NCBI GenBank assembly: GCA_965206595.1
Contig: OZ242214.1
Span: 224,001 to 288,000 of the forward strand
Origin: Candidatus Latescibacterota bacterium
GTDB taxonomy: Bacteria; Latescibacterota; UBA2968; UBA8231
Direction of reading: 5' to 3'
DNA length: 64,000 nt
Position numbers and translations under genes: made by a program. Positions 29,790 to 42,559 of this stretch are shown here, piece by piece (the stretch's first letter is position 1; each line of letters opens with the position of its first letter). Under the pieces are notes generated by a model. It saw only the letters and a list, made by a program, of their open reading frames with translations, searched no databases and had not been told where the DNA came from.

Positions 29790-30647
29790 ATGTCCTGTAT
29801 TTTCATTGCGGTACTTACAGTTTTGGCTGCCCTCCTTACGGCAGAGGCAAAAGCCCAAACGGATGAGGCTGCCAGGCAGGAGCCCAAAGAAATCACCATC
29901 CACCTCCGTGGAAACGAGCAGATGGCCGCGGCTCTGCAGGAGGCGGCTGCCAAGGGGACGACAGTTACCGGGATAGCCGATTTTGATTCCCTTTCGGCGG
30001 TTTATGAACTGATGAGAATACACCGCGATGATGGCATGTCTTCTGGCTTTTACGGGCATCGGTTTCGGCTGAGTTTCCTTTCGGAAAAGAACGTAACCGC
30101 TATTGTTGAAGGCTACAGAAACTTGCCCTTTATCAAATCTGCAAAGGCAGGAAAACCGGTTTATTTAGGTAACCGTATCCATGCCTTGGGTGGCGGACAT
30201 CACGTAGGGCGAATTCCTACCAAATTGGTCTTTGGTACTCTTTCGGGAACAGCTGTTACCTTGGTTTCGGCTGTTCTATATGATACTTATTTCGAAGAGG
30301 AGCCAAAGGGGGGTGACGACCCTTGGGGAGGGTTGGACAGTGTTTATTATGGTTTGATTGCCGGCTGTGCGGGGGGATTCCCGTTGGGTGTGACCGCGGT
30401 CGATCCATATGATTCTTTGCCCGTTACCCTTCTCGCCGGTGTTATACCGGGGGCGGTCGGCGTCTTCTTGCTCGGGTCCGGACTGGATCTGAACACCGGG
30501 TTACTGTTGGCGTTCGTCATTCCCCAATTCAGCGCTCTCATCACCTCTGAAATATGGCGCAACCCTTCCGAAGATCACCGTACTTCCCTTGCCATAGCCC
30601 CAACCCCAAAGGGTGGCCTTTCGGGGATTGCCACACTGCAGTTTTAA
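29790..30647 (+). CDS. Exported hypothetical protein A1 (conserved N-domain plus Gly-rich hydrophobic C-region)
   Basis: Signal peptide; KEITI...AAAKGTTVTGIADFDSLSAVY...SGFYGHR shared with 31315; ends ...LAIAP...GLSGIATLQF. Confidence 0.8.
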   Translation: MSCIFIAVLTVLAALLTAEAKAQTDEAARQEPKEITIHLRGNEQMAAALQEAAAKGTTVTGIADFDSLSAVYELMRIHRDDGMSSGFYGHRFRLSFLSEKNVTAIVEGYRNLPFIKSAKAGKPVYLGNRIHALGGGHHVGRIPTKLVFGTLSGTAVTLVSAVLYDTYFEEEPKGGDDPWGGLDSVYYGLIAGCAGGFPLGVTAVDPYDSLPVTLLAGVIPGAVGVFLLGSGLDLNTGLLLAFVIPQFSALITSEIWRNPSEDHRTSLAIAPTPKGGLSGIATLQF

Positions 30648-30664
30648 AGGAGAAAAGATTTGAT

Positions 30665-30886
30665 ATGTCCCTGATTTTCCGTGCAGTACTTACCATGTTG
30701 GCTGCCCTCCTTGCAGCCGAGGCCCAAGTAGAAACGGATGAGGACCGATTGGCCAAAATGTTTTCGCCCATCCTGATCTTGACCGAGGAGACCGGAGGAA
30801 AGTGGGGAGACATCAAGGTACAGAAACCGGAACCCGTGGGCATCATGGGGGCTACCTCGGCGGACAACATATGCCTGAATCCGTGA
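30665..30886 (+). pseudogene. Truncated 5' fragment B1, paralog of the 33366 N-terminus
   Basis: AAAGGAGA RBS, signal peptide, then [16 protein letters not shown]...KPEPVGIMGA.SA.NI followed by a stop. Confidence 0.8.
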
Positions 30887-31276
30887 TCGTTTCTATAGCG
30901 AGTGATCAAATTTGATATTTAAGCTGCGTCATGTACTTGTCAAGAGGATTTGGGTGTCAGCGACATGCCATTACGGCGGATTGCGCTGTCGATGGCTCTC
31001 CAAGTCGATAGGAGTCGCAAGAGCGGGCCTACGCCTGCCTTGAGTGCTCCGGGGAGTCGAAGGCGGGGGAAGTCGTCGCCTCAGGCACACACTCTCAGGT
31101 AGGGCCGTCTCCAGACATCGAACCAGGGGTTGAAATACCCGAAGCTGAGCCCGAAACGGCCCCATGCCGGACCCAGCGGGCGGCCTGATACATGAGGGCC
31201 AGAATTACACTGCGGAGCCGCCGACGGCCGGCCTCTACCCCTTAGAAAGGAAAGCGACTTCAAATGGCCCTAAAAA

Positions 31277-31310
31277 TCGGAGTGAAAGTTTTTCGGAGTG
31301 AAAGTTTTTC
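31277..31310 (+). repeat. 16-bp tandem duplication TCGGAGTGAAAGTTTT x2
   Basis: Directly visible, just upstream of the ATG at 31315. Confidence 0.85.
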
Positions 31311-31314
31311 CGTT

Positions 31315-32160
31315 ATGAAAAAAGGGATCCTGTACTCCGCCTTGTGCCTGAGTGGAACTGCCCTCTTGGCATCGGAAAGCGAAGGCCAAGCTGCTCTCAC
31401 GCAGGAGGGAACGGGGTATAAAGAAATCACCATCCGCATTGGTGGGAGCCGGGCGCTGACCGCGGCTCTGCTGGACGCGGCTGCTAAGGGGGTGACAGTT
31501 ACCGGAATCGCCGGTTTTGATTCCCTTTCTGCCGTTTATGGCCTGATGGGGATATATCGCAAGGGTGTATCCTCGGGTTTTTACGGGCATCGATTACGGT
31601 TGAGATTTCCACCGGACTCCGATGTGGCGGAGATCACCGGGGCCTACCGGAACTTACCCTATATAACGGGGCGATTGGGTGCGGTGGTTTCAAAAAAAAG
31701 AGAAGCAGGGGTCGGAAGAAAACTTGTGTACGGTATGCTGGGGGGTACCGTTTGTGGGCTCGTAGGAGCGTTAACCTTATTCCCCCTCCCAACAGGAGGA
31801 GATGGTATCGGCGCAGCTGCAGGGCTCGCCATGGGTTTTGCGGGGGGCAACGTAGTTGGAACCGCAATTGGCGTTAGCGTGGCTGGAGAGGGCCTGGGTT
31901 TCCCGGGCCACTTTGCGGGCAGTGCCCTGTTGGGGGTAGGAGTTCCTGTGGCAGCTTTAGCTCATTTAGAAGCTGGGAAGATGCGTGGGACTCTAGTCCT
32001 CTTGGGTGGCATTGCAGGTCCTGTTATTGGGGCAACCTTGGCCTTGGAATTGGGGGATAGGTATCCCCCAACAGGGGACAGGAAAAACTCACGCTTTTCT
32101 TTAGGGCTGGCTCCGAATTTACAACAAGGCTTGTCGGCTTCGGCCATCCTGCATTTTTAG
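31315..32160 (+). CDS. Exported hypothetical protein A2, paralog of 29790
   Basis: KEITI...AAAKGVTVTGIAGFDSLSAVYGL...SGFYGHR...YRNLPYI; ends LGLAP...GLSASAILHF. Confidence 0.8.
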   Translation: MKKGILYSALCLSGTALLASESEGQAALTQEGTGYKEITIRIGGSRALTAALLDAAAKGVTVTGIAGFDSLSAVYGLMGIYRKGVSSGFYGHRLRLRFPPDSDVAEITGAYRNLPYITGRLGAVVSKKREAGVGRKLVYGMLGGTVCGLVGALTLFPLPTGGDGIGAAAGLAMGFAGGNVVGTAIGVSVAGEGLGFPGHFAGSALLGVGVPVAALAHLEAGKMRGTLVLLGGIAGPVIGATLALELGDRYPPTGDRKNSRFSLGLAPNLQQGLSASAILHF

Positions 32161-32189
32161 TCGCCAAACGAAAGCAACTGTCTTGAAAC

Positions 32190-33566
<1,377 letters not shown>

Positions 33567-33767
33567 TCAGCTTCGAATATTTGGATCTATGGCAAAGATT
33601 TAGAGGATAGGCTGACAACCAATTCAGGCCCGCATGATGCTTATAGGAATTCAAATGGGGAATATTTGTCTTTGGAGTTTTTTGAGCATTCTGACGCGAA
33701 CTGCCCAAATGTGAATTTTTCGGAAAATAAGTTTGCCTTTCTTACTTCTCAATGCAGAAGGTATTTA

Positions 33768-33796
33768 TCCGGTTTTGCTCCGGTTTTGCTCCGGTT
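33768..33796 (+). repeat. 11-bp tandem duplication TCCGGTTTTGC x2 causing a frameshift
   Basis: Removing one unit joins ORF 33366 to ORF 33752 in frame. Confidence 0.9.
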
Positions 33797-36159
33797 GGGC
33801 GGGACGTACCTAACCCGCCTGAAGGACTATCCCATGTGCCAGTTCATAGCTGGTTACATTTAGGCTACTTCAACTATCCAGGAACGACTGCATCAGGGTG
33901 GAACGAGGCGTATTTTGACCAAGAGGGGGAGTATTACGGCGAAAATTTTGCCAACACCGCTTACGTGCGTTTCTACGAGAGATCAATTGAGTCGTATGGA
34001 GGTTCGTACCCCTCCCTTACCGTTATCCAGTACATTTACTTCTATCCCTACAATGACTGGTGGAATAACCATGAGGGCGACTGGCAGCGGGTGTATGTGG
34101 TGGTCAGTTCCAACGATCCCGACACGGCAACGATCCTCGGCGTGGAGTTCAAATTTCATTCTGCCTGGCTGAATTACTACCAGGGTTTTGGAATCCACCC
34201 GACGCTAACCACTGACTTTGTGTTCAACCCGAAAACCGAAGTAAAGCTGAGTCCTGGACCCACGCGCAACGGGGTTGTCCAATACACCCATCCTGTTGTC
34301 TACGTGGGGGCTGGTTCGCACGCAAGCTACCCTGTTGGAGGAAACATCCAAGTCTACCACGGTGGTTCCGGAGGTAGTTCCGGAGAAGAAGAAGTACAAG
34401 GCGCTGTGGGTGGGGACTGGGAATATATGAGCCACACGGGAAAGGTATTGAGTACTGAGGCCCCGGCAACCGGTAACTCCCTTTGGGAACGGTATGACTT
34501 GCAATACCTGCCCGATCCTGATCTAGACAACACCACCGATAACATGGGACTTTCCGGTACGCTGAGCTGGTTGGGCGCGAAGATACAATGGGGGACCCCG
34601 GTTGTCGAAAGTCCTTTTTTGGCCAGACTAGGCGGGGGGAACGAGAGTCCGTTTGGGCCTTTCAATGCCACCAACTCCGAGAATTGGGGACCGGCGCAAG
34701 GTTGGGGGGAATTGAAGTTTTTCGAAGTGGCGAGGCTCGGCCCCGGCAATATTGACACCCAGTTTTCCGTCCGTCACCGGAACTTGCCCTATTCAGACTA
34801 TCACCACTGGTCCATCCTCGGCGACGAGACCTGGAGCGGCTCGGTTGGCCTGTACGGCGACGTGGTGGTCTTTCCTGGGGCCGAACTTACGATACAGGCA
34901 GGGACCACGGTTACCTTTCCATCCCAAAGTGATCGGCATCAATTCAAGGATGGGAACAATAGTCTATCCGAGATTTTCGTGTATGGCACCCTGACATCCG
35001 AAGGAACTTCCGGCAATCAAGTCGTATTTCGAGGCCCCAATTCTTCGGACAATGCTCAGCATTGGGGCGGGATCCGAATTATGGAAGGCGGGTCGGAGGT
35101 TTTGCCCCATACCCAAATCCGCAACGCGCCCTTGCCGACGCTCCTCCCGACGAATCTGACTGCCGAAACAGGGGATGGGCAGGCAACGCTTCGTTGGGAC
35201 GATCCGTCCCCGTCCCCCTCCGATCCGAGCATAACCGGATGGGAATACCGCACGAAACCGGAAAGCGCTACGGAGTGGGGAGACTGGACGGGTGTGTCGG
35301 GTCGGGGTACTCGGGAGGCGCTGGTGTCGCCGTTGGCGTACGGGGTTCGACATCAATTTGAGGTGCGGGCGGTCAACACCACCCCCGGGGGCGGGCCTTC
35401 GTCGGATGTGGCGTCGGTAAGCCTGATGACGGTGGCATTCTCCGCGTCTAGCTACTCACTGATTGAAAGCGGCAACCCGGTGTTGCCGGGAGACGTTCGG
35501 GGCCAGGCTGAGGATCCGACGCAAGCGGCCCAGCAGGTGGAGGTCATCGTGGTAGTGACCCCGGCGACCGACCGGGCGCTGACGATCCCGGTGACGGTGT
35601 CAAACGGCTCGGCGGAGGCGGGCGACTACCGGCAGGACCTTCCTGTGGGCGGTTTGAGCTTTGCGTCGGGTAAGGCTTCGGCTCGATTCACGATCACGGC
35701 TGTATCTGACGATGATGTGGACGACGAGACGGTCCAGGTGGGTTTGGGAACACCGCTTCCGCCGGGGGTGCAAGCCGGCGATCCGGCCACGGCGACGGTG
35801 ACGTTGTACGATACGCCGTCGGCTCCGACGGTGACGGCCGAAGGCGGCGACGGGTCGGTGACGCTGAGCTGGGCGGCGGCGGGCAATCCGGGCATAGAAG
35901 GATGGCAGTATCGGATACTCCCGGTCACGAGCCAGGGGGTGTGGAGCGATTGGAAGCCCATGAGGGGCAGCCTTTCGACGACGACGGAGCATACGGTGGA
36001 CGGCCTGGACAACGAGGTGACGTATCGTTTCCAGGTGCGGGCGTACAATGCCCGAGGGTACGGGGATGAATCGACATCTGTGGATGCGACCCCGACCTCG
36101 CCCGGGGCCCCGACGGCCCCGACGGCCCCGCGGTCCCTGACGGCTCGGGCGGGGAACGA

Positions 36160-38222
36160 ACAGGTGAGCCTGTCCTGGGAGACTCCCGACGACAACGGCT
36201 CGACGCTGACGGGGTGGGAGTATCGGCGCAGCACGGACGGGGGGACCACCTGGGACCCGGACTGGGAGGCGATTCCCCTTCCTCCCGGCACGGTCGCGGC
36301 CGACCTCGAGGAGCATACGGTCGAGGGGCTTACCCACGGTCAGGCGTACACCTTCGAGGTGCGTGCGATCAACGCCGTAGGGGATGGGGCCGCCTCGCGG
36401 GTGTTGCTGCCGGCGGCGCCGGGGAATTTCCGTGCGCGATGGGTTCTCGAGGGGGCCGATGCTTTTGGGCACCACGAGGCGAAGCTGAGTTGGACCGATC
36501 CGGCTGACCCCAGCCTCAGCTGGGAATACCGGAAGAAGGAGGGCACCTCGGATTGGGAAACTGCCTGGGCCACGGTGTCCGACGAGGATCCGACGGGCGT
36601 CTCGGTTACGCAGACGGTGGACGGCCTTGACATCACGCAGCCGTACCGGTTCCAGGTGCGGGTCCGTCAACCTGCGGGTTGGCCGGCGGAGGCGGGGCTG
36701 TCCCCGTTGCCGGTTTTTACGCAGCCGCTGTCGGTGCGGGCCCAAAGCGTGGCCGGCAAGGCGCAATTCGATCTGGGGTTTGTCCCCCCGGTGGGGGGTC
36801 CGGACCTGCCGGATGGTTCGCAACAGGTTTCGTCGGCCAACCTCCGATATCAGTTGGTGACCATCCAGGCGAATGGCCAGAAGACGACGAGCGGTTTCGT
36901 CGGTCTGGGCACTTTACCTCAGCTACTTCCTGCGGGGGCGGTAGCGACTTATTCCGCTCCGGCCGGGTCGGTTGGCGGCGCGTCGGAGGCTCAAGCCGCC
37001 GCCTTTCAGGTGGTGGCTACCCTCCTGATTACGGGTCTGGACCCGGGTGTGACCTACCAAATCAAGGTGCGCCTGCTCGATTCGGACGAGTCGACGATAT
37101 CGGAATCGACGTTGGGTTCGCTGCTGGGTCTTCGGGTGCAGTGGTCCACGGCCGGTTCGGTGGTGCTGAGCTGGAACCGAAGGACCGACCCGGGCCTCAC
37201 GGGCTGGCAGTATCGTCAGCAGGCCGGCAGCGGGTCGTGGGGTGACTGGCAGAGCGTGCCCAACAGCACGGCGTCGACGACGAGTCATACGGTGTCCAGC
37301 CTTACCGAGACGGAGACCTACCGGTTCCAGGTGCGGGCGCTGGTGCCGGGGGGTCCGTTGGCCGAATCGTTCACGGTGTCGGCTCCTCCGAAGCCTTTGG
37401 TAGCGCCGGGTAACCTGCATGCGGAACCCGGTCACGCGTCGATGACGTTGCGTTGGGACGACGCGAACAATGCCCGCCTCACCGGGTGGCAGTATCAGCA
37501 GCGGCAGGCCGGAGAGGATTGGGGAGCGTGGCAGCCGATCCCGGGCAGCACGGCGTCGACGACCTCGTATACGGTTACGGACCTGACCAACGGGGTGAGC
37601 TACCGTTTCCGGGTTCGGGCGTTGGCCGGGTCCCAGCAGGGTCCCTTCGGGAAGTCGGTGGGAGGGCCGCCCAACGGCTTGCGGGCCCAGGCGTTGAACG
37701 GCTCGGTGGAGCTGGTCTGGGCCGACCCGTCCGATTCCCGTATCGCGGGGTGGCAGTATCGGGTGCGCGAGGGTCAGGACAGGTGGAGTGGGTGGCAGCC
37801 GGTCCCGGGCAGCACGGCGTCGACGACCTCGTATACGGTGCCGGACCTGACCAACGGGGTGAATCACCGGTTCCGGGTTCGGGGGGTGACCTCGAATGGC
37901 CGGGTGGTGTTGACCTGGCCGATGGTGGAGACGAGTCCGGATGGGTCGCTTGCGGTCCCGCCGCCGGTCCCGGTGACCAACGGTCCGCCGGAGATCACGA
38001 GCGGTCCTTCAGTGGTATCGTTCGACGAGAACGGCGCCGGCGTGGTGGCCACCTATACGGGCACCGACCCGGACAGTGATGCGCTCACCTGGACGCTGGG
38101 CGGCGCCGATGCGGACACGATGGAAATCGATGCGTCGGGTCGGCTGAGTTTCCGGGCGCCGCCGCCGGATTTCGAGTCTCCGGGGGACATGAACGGCGAC
38201 AAGATCTACGAGGTGACGGTGA
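36160..38222 (+). repeat. ~2.1-kb direct repeat, copy 1 (FN3/cadherin stalk)
   Basis: Long identical stretches shared with ~42560-44645, e.g. the APPKPLVAPGNLHAEPGHASMTLRWDD coding region. Confidence 0.9.
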
Positions 38223-38372
38223 CTTGGAGGCAGGTTGCATCCTCGCAAGTTAACCAATTGAAATTGAAATTTCATAAAAAATGTCCTTTAATTTACCACT
38301 TTAGTCTTCTATGGGCGATGACCGGTGCATCTCTTTTTGACAAAAAAAACGTCAATTGAAAGGGAATATTTC

Positions 38373-39884
38373 ATGGCTGGAATTAGATGGGTAACGCTCT
38401 TGCTGATTTTCCTGACTGGCCATACGGCCCCGGTGGTCGCCCAGGATGAGGGAACGGCCATTGAGTTCAACGTGACCGATTTCGTCCCCCTGGAAGTCGG
38501 CAACCGGTGGACCTTTTCCCACGGGTATCGAAATGAAATGTATGACCAGTGGTATTTCCTTTGGGACGACTCGGACGGCGAGAACTGGAGCGAGGAGGAA
38601 GCGGAGTACTGGGAAGCCTACTTCAGCCCATTCAGGGTGCCTGGGGACACTCTGCTTGGAAAGTCCCCCCCGGACGAAATAGACACACCCGACCGATCTC
38701 TGACTCATCCAGATCCAAAACAGTTTACTCTCGAAATCACGCACACGGAGTTCATTGACGGGTTTGAGTATTTCGTCTTCAACGAGCCGCCCTATGACTG
38801 GCCGCCGTTGCCAGGGTTTGGAGTGGTTTGGAACGAACAGTGGGACCCGGATAAGGGGTTGTTTTTTGCCGGGAACAAGGTGCGGTTGTCGGAGGACGGG
38901 GTTCTCTTTTTTCGCTTGGATGGCGTGGACGTCCCCGTGTTTGATTTCAGAATGCCCTCCATAGGATGGGACTCGAATGATCTAGGTGGGCTTTTCGCCC
39001 GTGATCTCCGCAGCGGGTATCCCGATCCCAGAGGAATTCCTGGCATTTCCCGGCAAATGAAAGATATGTTTCAAGACCACCAGCTTAGGATGTACCCGGA
39101 TCAACTGGTTATATTGGTAAATCCAGTATATCGGAATCAGGCTTTGGAAGTTGTTTTTTATTTCACGCCGTTTTTTGATATCTATCCCTCTGATTGGAAC
39201 GCCTCTCCGTTGACCCCCGAATGGACGGTTCATTTTTTGAATGGATTTGGCATGAGTAGGGTTACGCAGACCTGGGTGGACTTACACTATTGGGAGCCGT
39301 TATCAAACGGCCTTCGTGCATTTTCGGCGATTATCTCCGGCAAAGAGGTGTCCGATATAGAGGCGATGGAAAAATTCTTGCTTCTGGTCGAGCCCGTTCT
39401 TCCGCCCGTAGTGGGAAAACGGGACACACTCTCATCGGGTGGCGGCGCCTTTGACTTCAGTGAGGGCACCTTCAAGGAGTATGGTTCGACAGATGGGGAC
39501 TTGGTGATTGATGGAGTGCCGGATGGTACTGGGTTCTATAATTCTGTATTACGGTCGTCCATGGCAATCGCCGATCTCGGGGAAATAGATTTCAACCGCT
39601 TGGTCGACGAGGGGTCCGGATACCTTGAGATTGAGAAAAACCGTGATTCTTTTAGCCGGAGGAACTATCCCCGGGAAGGCCATGTCTATGCAGTACTGAC
39701 CCCGGAAGGGGGCCTTGCGGTGATGCACGTTGTGTTTGTAGTCAAAGGTCGCCGGTGGCTCTCCCCTCTCGAGTGGTTCGTCTTTGACTGGGTGTACTAT
39801 CCCACATTCAACATCCCCCCCATTGAGACCTCCATCAAGACTACATCGTGGGGTCGGGTGAAAAAATCCTTGCGCAAAGAGTAA
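38373..39884 (+). CDS. Exported hypothetical protein C with a C-terminal T-S-W-G-x-V-K motif
   Basis: Signal peptide (…VVAQD); DFVPLEVGNRWTF; ends ETSIKTTSWGRVKKSLRKE. Confidence 0.8.
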   Translation: MAGIRWVTLLLIFLTGHTAPVVAQDEGTAIEFNVTDFVPLEVGNRWTFSHGYRNEMYDQWYFLWDDSDGENWSEEEAEYWEAYFSPFRVPGDTLLGKSPPDEIDTPDRSLTHPDPKQFTLEITHTEFIDGFEYFVFNEPPYDWPPLPGFGVVWNEQWDPDKGLFFAGNKVRLSEDGVLFFRLDGVDVPVFDFRMPSIGWDSNDLGGLFARDLRSGYPDPRGIPGISRQMKDMFQDHQLRMYPDQLVILVNPVYRNQALEVVFYFTPFFDIYPSDWNASPLTPEWTVHFLNGFGMSRVTQTWVDLHYWEPLSNGLRAFSAIISGKEVSDIEAMEKFLLLVEPVLPPVVGKRDTLSSGGGAFDFSEGTFKEYGSTDGDLVIDGVPDGTGFYNSVLRSSMAIADLGEIDFNRLVDEGSGYLEIEKNRDSFSRRNYPREGHVYAVLTPEGGLAVMHVVFVVKGRRWLSPLEWFVFDWVYYPTFNIPPIETSIKTTSWGRVKKSLRKE

Positions 39885-42403
39885 CCAACCTTCTCCAAAA
39901 CTTGAGGAAAAGAAATAATGCAATTCCTAGTGGTTGTTCTCCTTGGCTTCTGCGTTTCGGCCGCTTGGAGTCAGGACTTCGTCTGCGGATATGTTCCACC
40001 AGAAGACGGCAGTAGCCTTCAAGGCCCTTCCGGTCAGTCGTCCTCGTATACCGGGGACACCGTAAGGAAGTTGATTTTATTCGGCAAATTTTCGGGCGGC
40101 TCTGCCCCCCCTGACTTGACTGCTGACGTGTTTCGCGATCGCGATGGTAATTTGACCAAGTCAGCTACGGATTTGCTTGACATCGAGGATGATGGCAGTT
40201 TACCACACTTTTTATACAAGATGTCCTATCAGACTCTGACCCTGACCCCTCCGAGCACCAGCACTATCTCCACGACCTGGTATTCGAGCAAGAAAGCAAA
40301 CGCTGCCGCTTATGGCATAGGTACAAATTGTACTTCTGCCCATTCGCCTCGATTGCCCTGTGAGTCACCAGGTCATCGTGCCTATCCTTGTACAAAGGTG
40401 ACCATTTGGCGTGCTGCCGTAGAAGCCTTCGTCAAAGAAGTTCTCGACGCAGCCGATCTCACAGTCAACTTTGCGGAGTACGATGTGGTCTCCGTGATGA
40501 TACCCAATCCAGAAGGCCCCCTGGGTTTTGGAGGCTGTCGATTTAATGGAACGGTCCTTGGTGGCATGGGTACGTACGATGGTGTCAACCTTTCACGTGT
40601 CTTGGTGGGAGATCGGGAGGAGTTCCCTGACATGGTGGGCTTTTTGGCGCACGAGTACGGGCATCTCATGGGGCTGCATGAACTGTACGACCGCAGCCAC
40701 CAACATATGGAAAATAATCTAGTATCCCACAGTGCCGGCATCGGTCGTTGGGGAACCATGGGCCTTGGCAACACCGGATGGGTAAGGAGCGGTGGATCCG
40801 ACGGTCCCAACCCTCTGTCAGCATACTCACGCCTGAAGGTCGGCTGGTTGGAGCCCCAAACCATCACTACGGCCAGGAAAGATGTTACCCTTCCCGACAT
40901 CCACGCTGATAGGACCAACGCGTACAAGATTCCCATCCCCGGTTCAACGAAAGAGTATTTCCTACTGGCAAGTCGCCAGAACGCCGTGAGCAATTACTAC
41001 GACGATAAATTCCATGGCAGCGGTGGCTTAGCCATTTGGCATATCGACGAAAGATCGGGGTGGGGTTTGGACGACAATGAGTGGGAGAGGTGGAAGACGG
41101 TTGACCTGGAGTGTGCCGATGGGCTCTGGACGACCAGTCCAGGCGTGGGGAAAAACACGGAATCAGGCGGGGATCACCTGGACTTTTTCCATCGGGTAGA
41201 AGATGAAACAACGGAGGTGCAACAGTTCGGGGGCAACCGGGGCGATGCCACCGACCTGTGGGACGGCACTTTGGACGAAAGTTCGAACCGAAGGGATTTC
41301 ACCCCGGAAACCAATCCCTCAACGGCCGGGTACGACTCCAGCCCCAAACCGTCCACGAGGTTCCCGCAGCCTATAGCTAAAAGACAGAATGTTTTCACCG
41401 GCATTCATATAGAAAACATCCGGCGGGAATCCGGGGGCGTTATGAAGTTTGATGTTCGTTTTGCGCCGCTGGCTCCCAATGATCTCGAAGCCGCCATTGG
41501 CGAAGATCGGGTGCAACTCAGTTGGACCAAGCCATCTTCCAACGGTGCGACCGTTGCTTCCTACAATGTGCGCCATCGTCCCAGTTCGGCGACGGCATGG
41601 ACAAGGGAAACGACGGTGGCAGCCCCGGACGAGGACGATGCCGTGGTAAGCCATACGGTCACCGGACTGACTATCGACACTCCCTACTTCTTTGAAGTGG
41701 CCGCCGTCAGCGGCAGACAAAATGAGTTGGCGGGCCTTGAGGGCCCATCCGTTAGCCGCACGGCAACGCCCCAACGAGCTATTCGTCGGACTGAGGTCCC
41801 CCCCTTGGTTTTTCCCGAGATACATCAGAATACCTCGAACTGGGAAAGCTATGTGGACAGGTTTGAAAAAAGCGGCTCGTATGATTGGTCGTTGGAAGGT
41901 CTCGATGCGTTGCAGTTCCGACTGGATGAAACAGAGGGCGGGTTTCAGGAGTTGCATTTTAAAAACCCTCCCAACTATGAGTCTCCGTTGGACACACCAA
42001 AAGGCGGCAATACCGAAGGGGACAATATCTACGAAGTGACGGTGAAGGCCGAACCCTCGGGCGCGAGCGGGGCAAGCAGTTCTGATTTTCGTCATATGCT
42101 TCCCGTCACCGTTGAGGTGACCAATATAAATGAAACTGGCAGGGTGACCGTGACTCCTGAAGGTCCGCCTCGAGTGAACGAGGTTCTGACCGCGACCCTG
42201 ACAGACCCCGATAACCCTGACGGGGACTTTACCGGGATCAGTTGGCAATGGTTCCAGGGCATCGTATACCAACAAGGCGACGAACGCTACGTGGGTAGTA
42301 CAGATGAGATTACGGGTGCCACTGCTTCGCAGTACACTCCGGAGGCAGATGATATTGGCTTTGCACTGGTTGCTAAAGTTCATTACACCGATGCCCACGG
42401 AGA

Positions 42404-42537
42404 GCAAACGAAAGAAACGCCGTATTCCTCTCCAGAGTTGGTGGTGGCGAATGTGCCGTCGGCGCCGGGCAAACGAAAGAAACGCCGTATTCCTCTCCAG
42501 AGTTGGTGGTGGCGAATGTGCCGTCGGCGCCGGGCAA
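42404..42537 (+). repeat. 65-bp tandem duplication with GCAA microhomology
   Basis: gcaaacgaaagaaacgccg...gtcggcgccgg repeated at a period of 65. Removing one copy restores the frame. Confidence 0.92.
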
Positions 42538-42559
42538 CCTGCAGGCGACCCCCGGCAAC

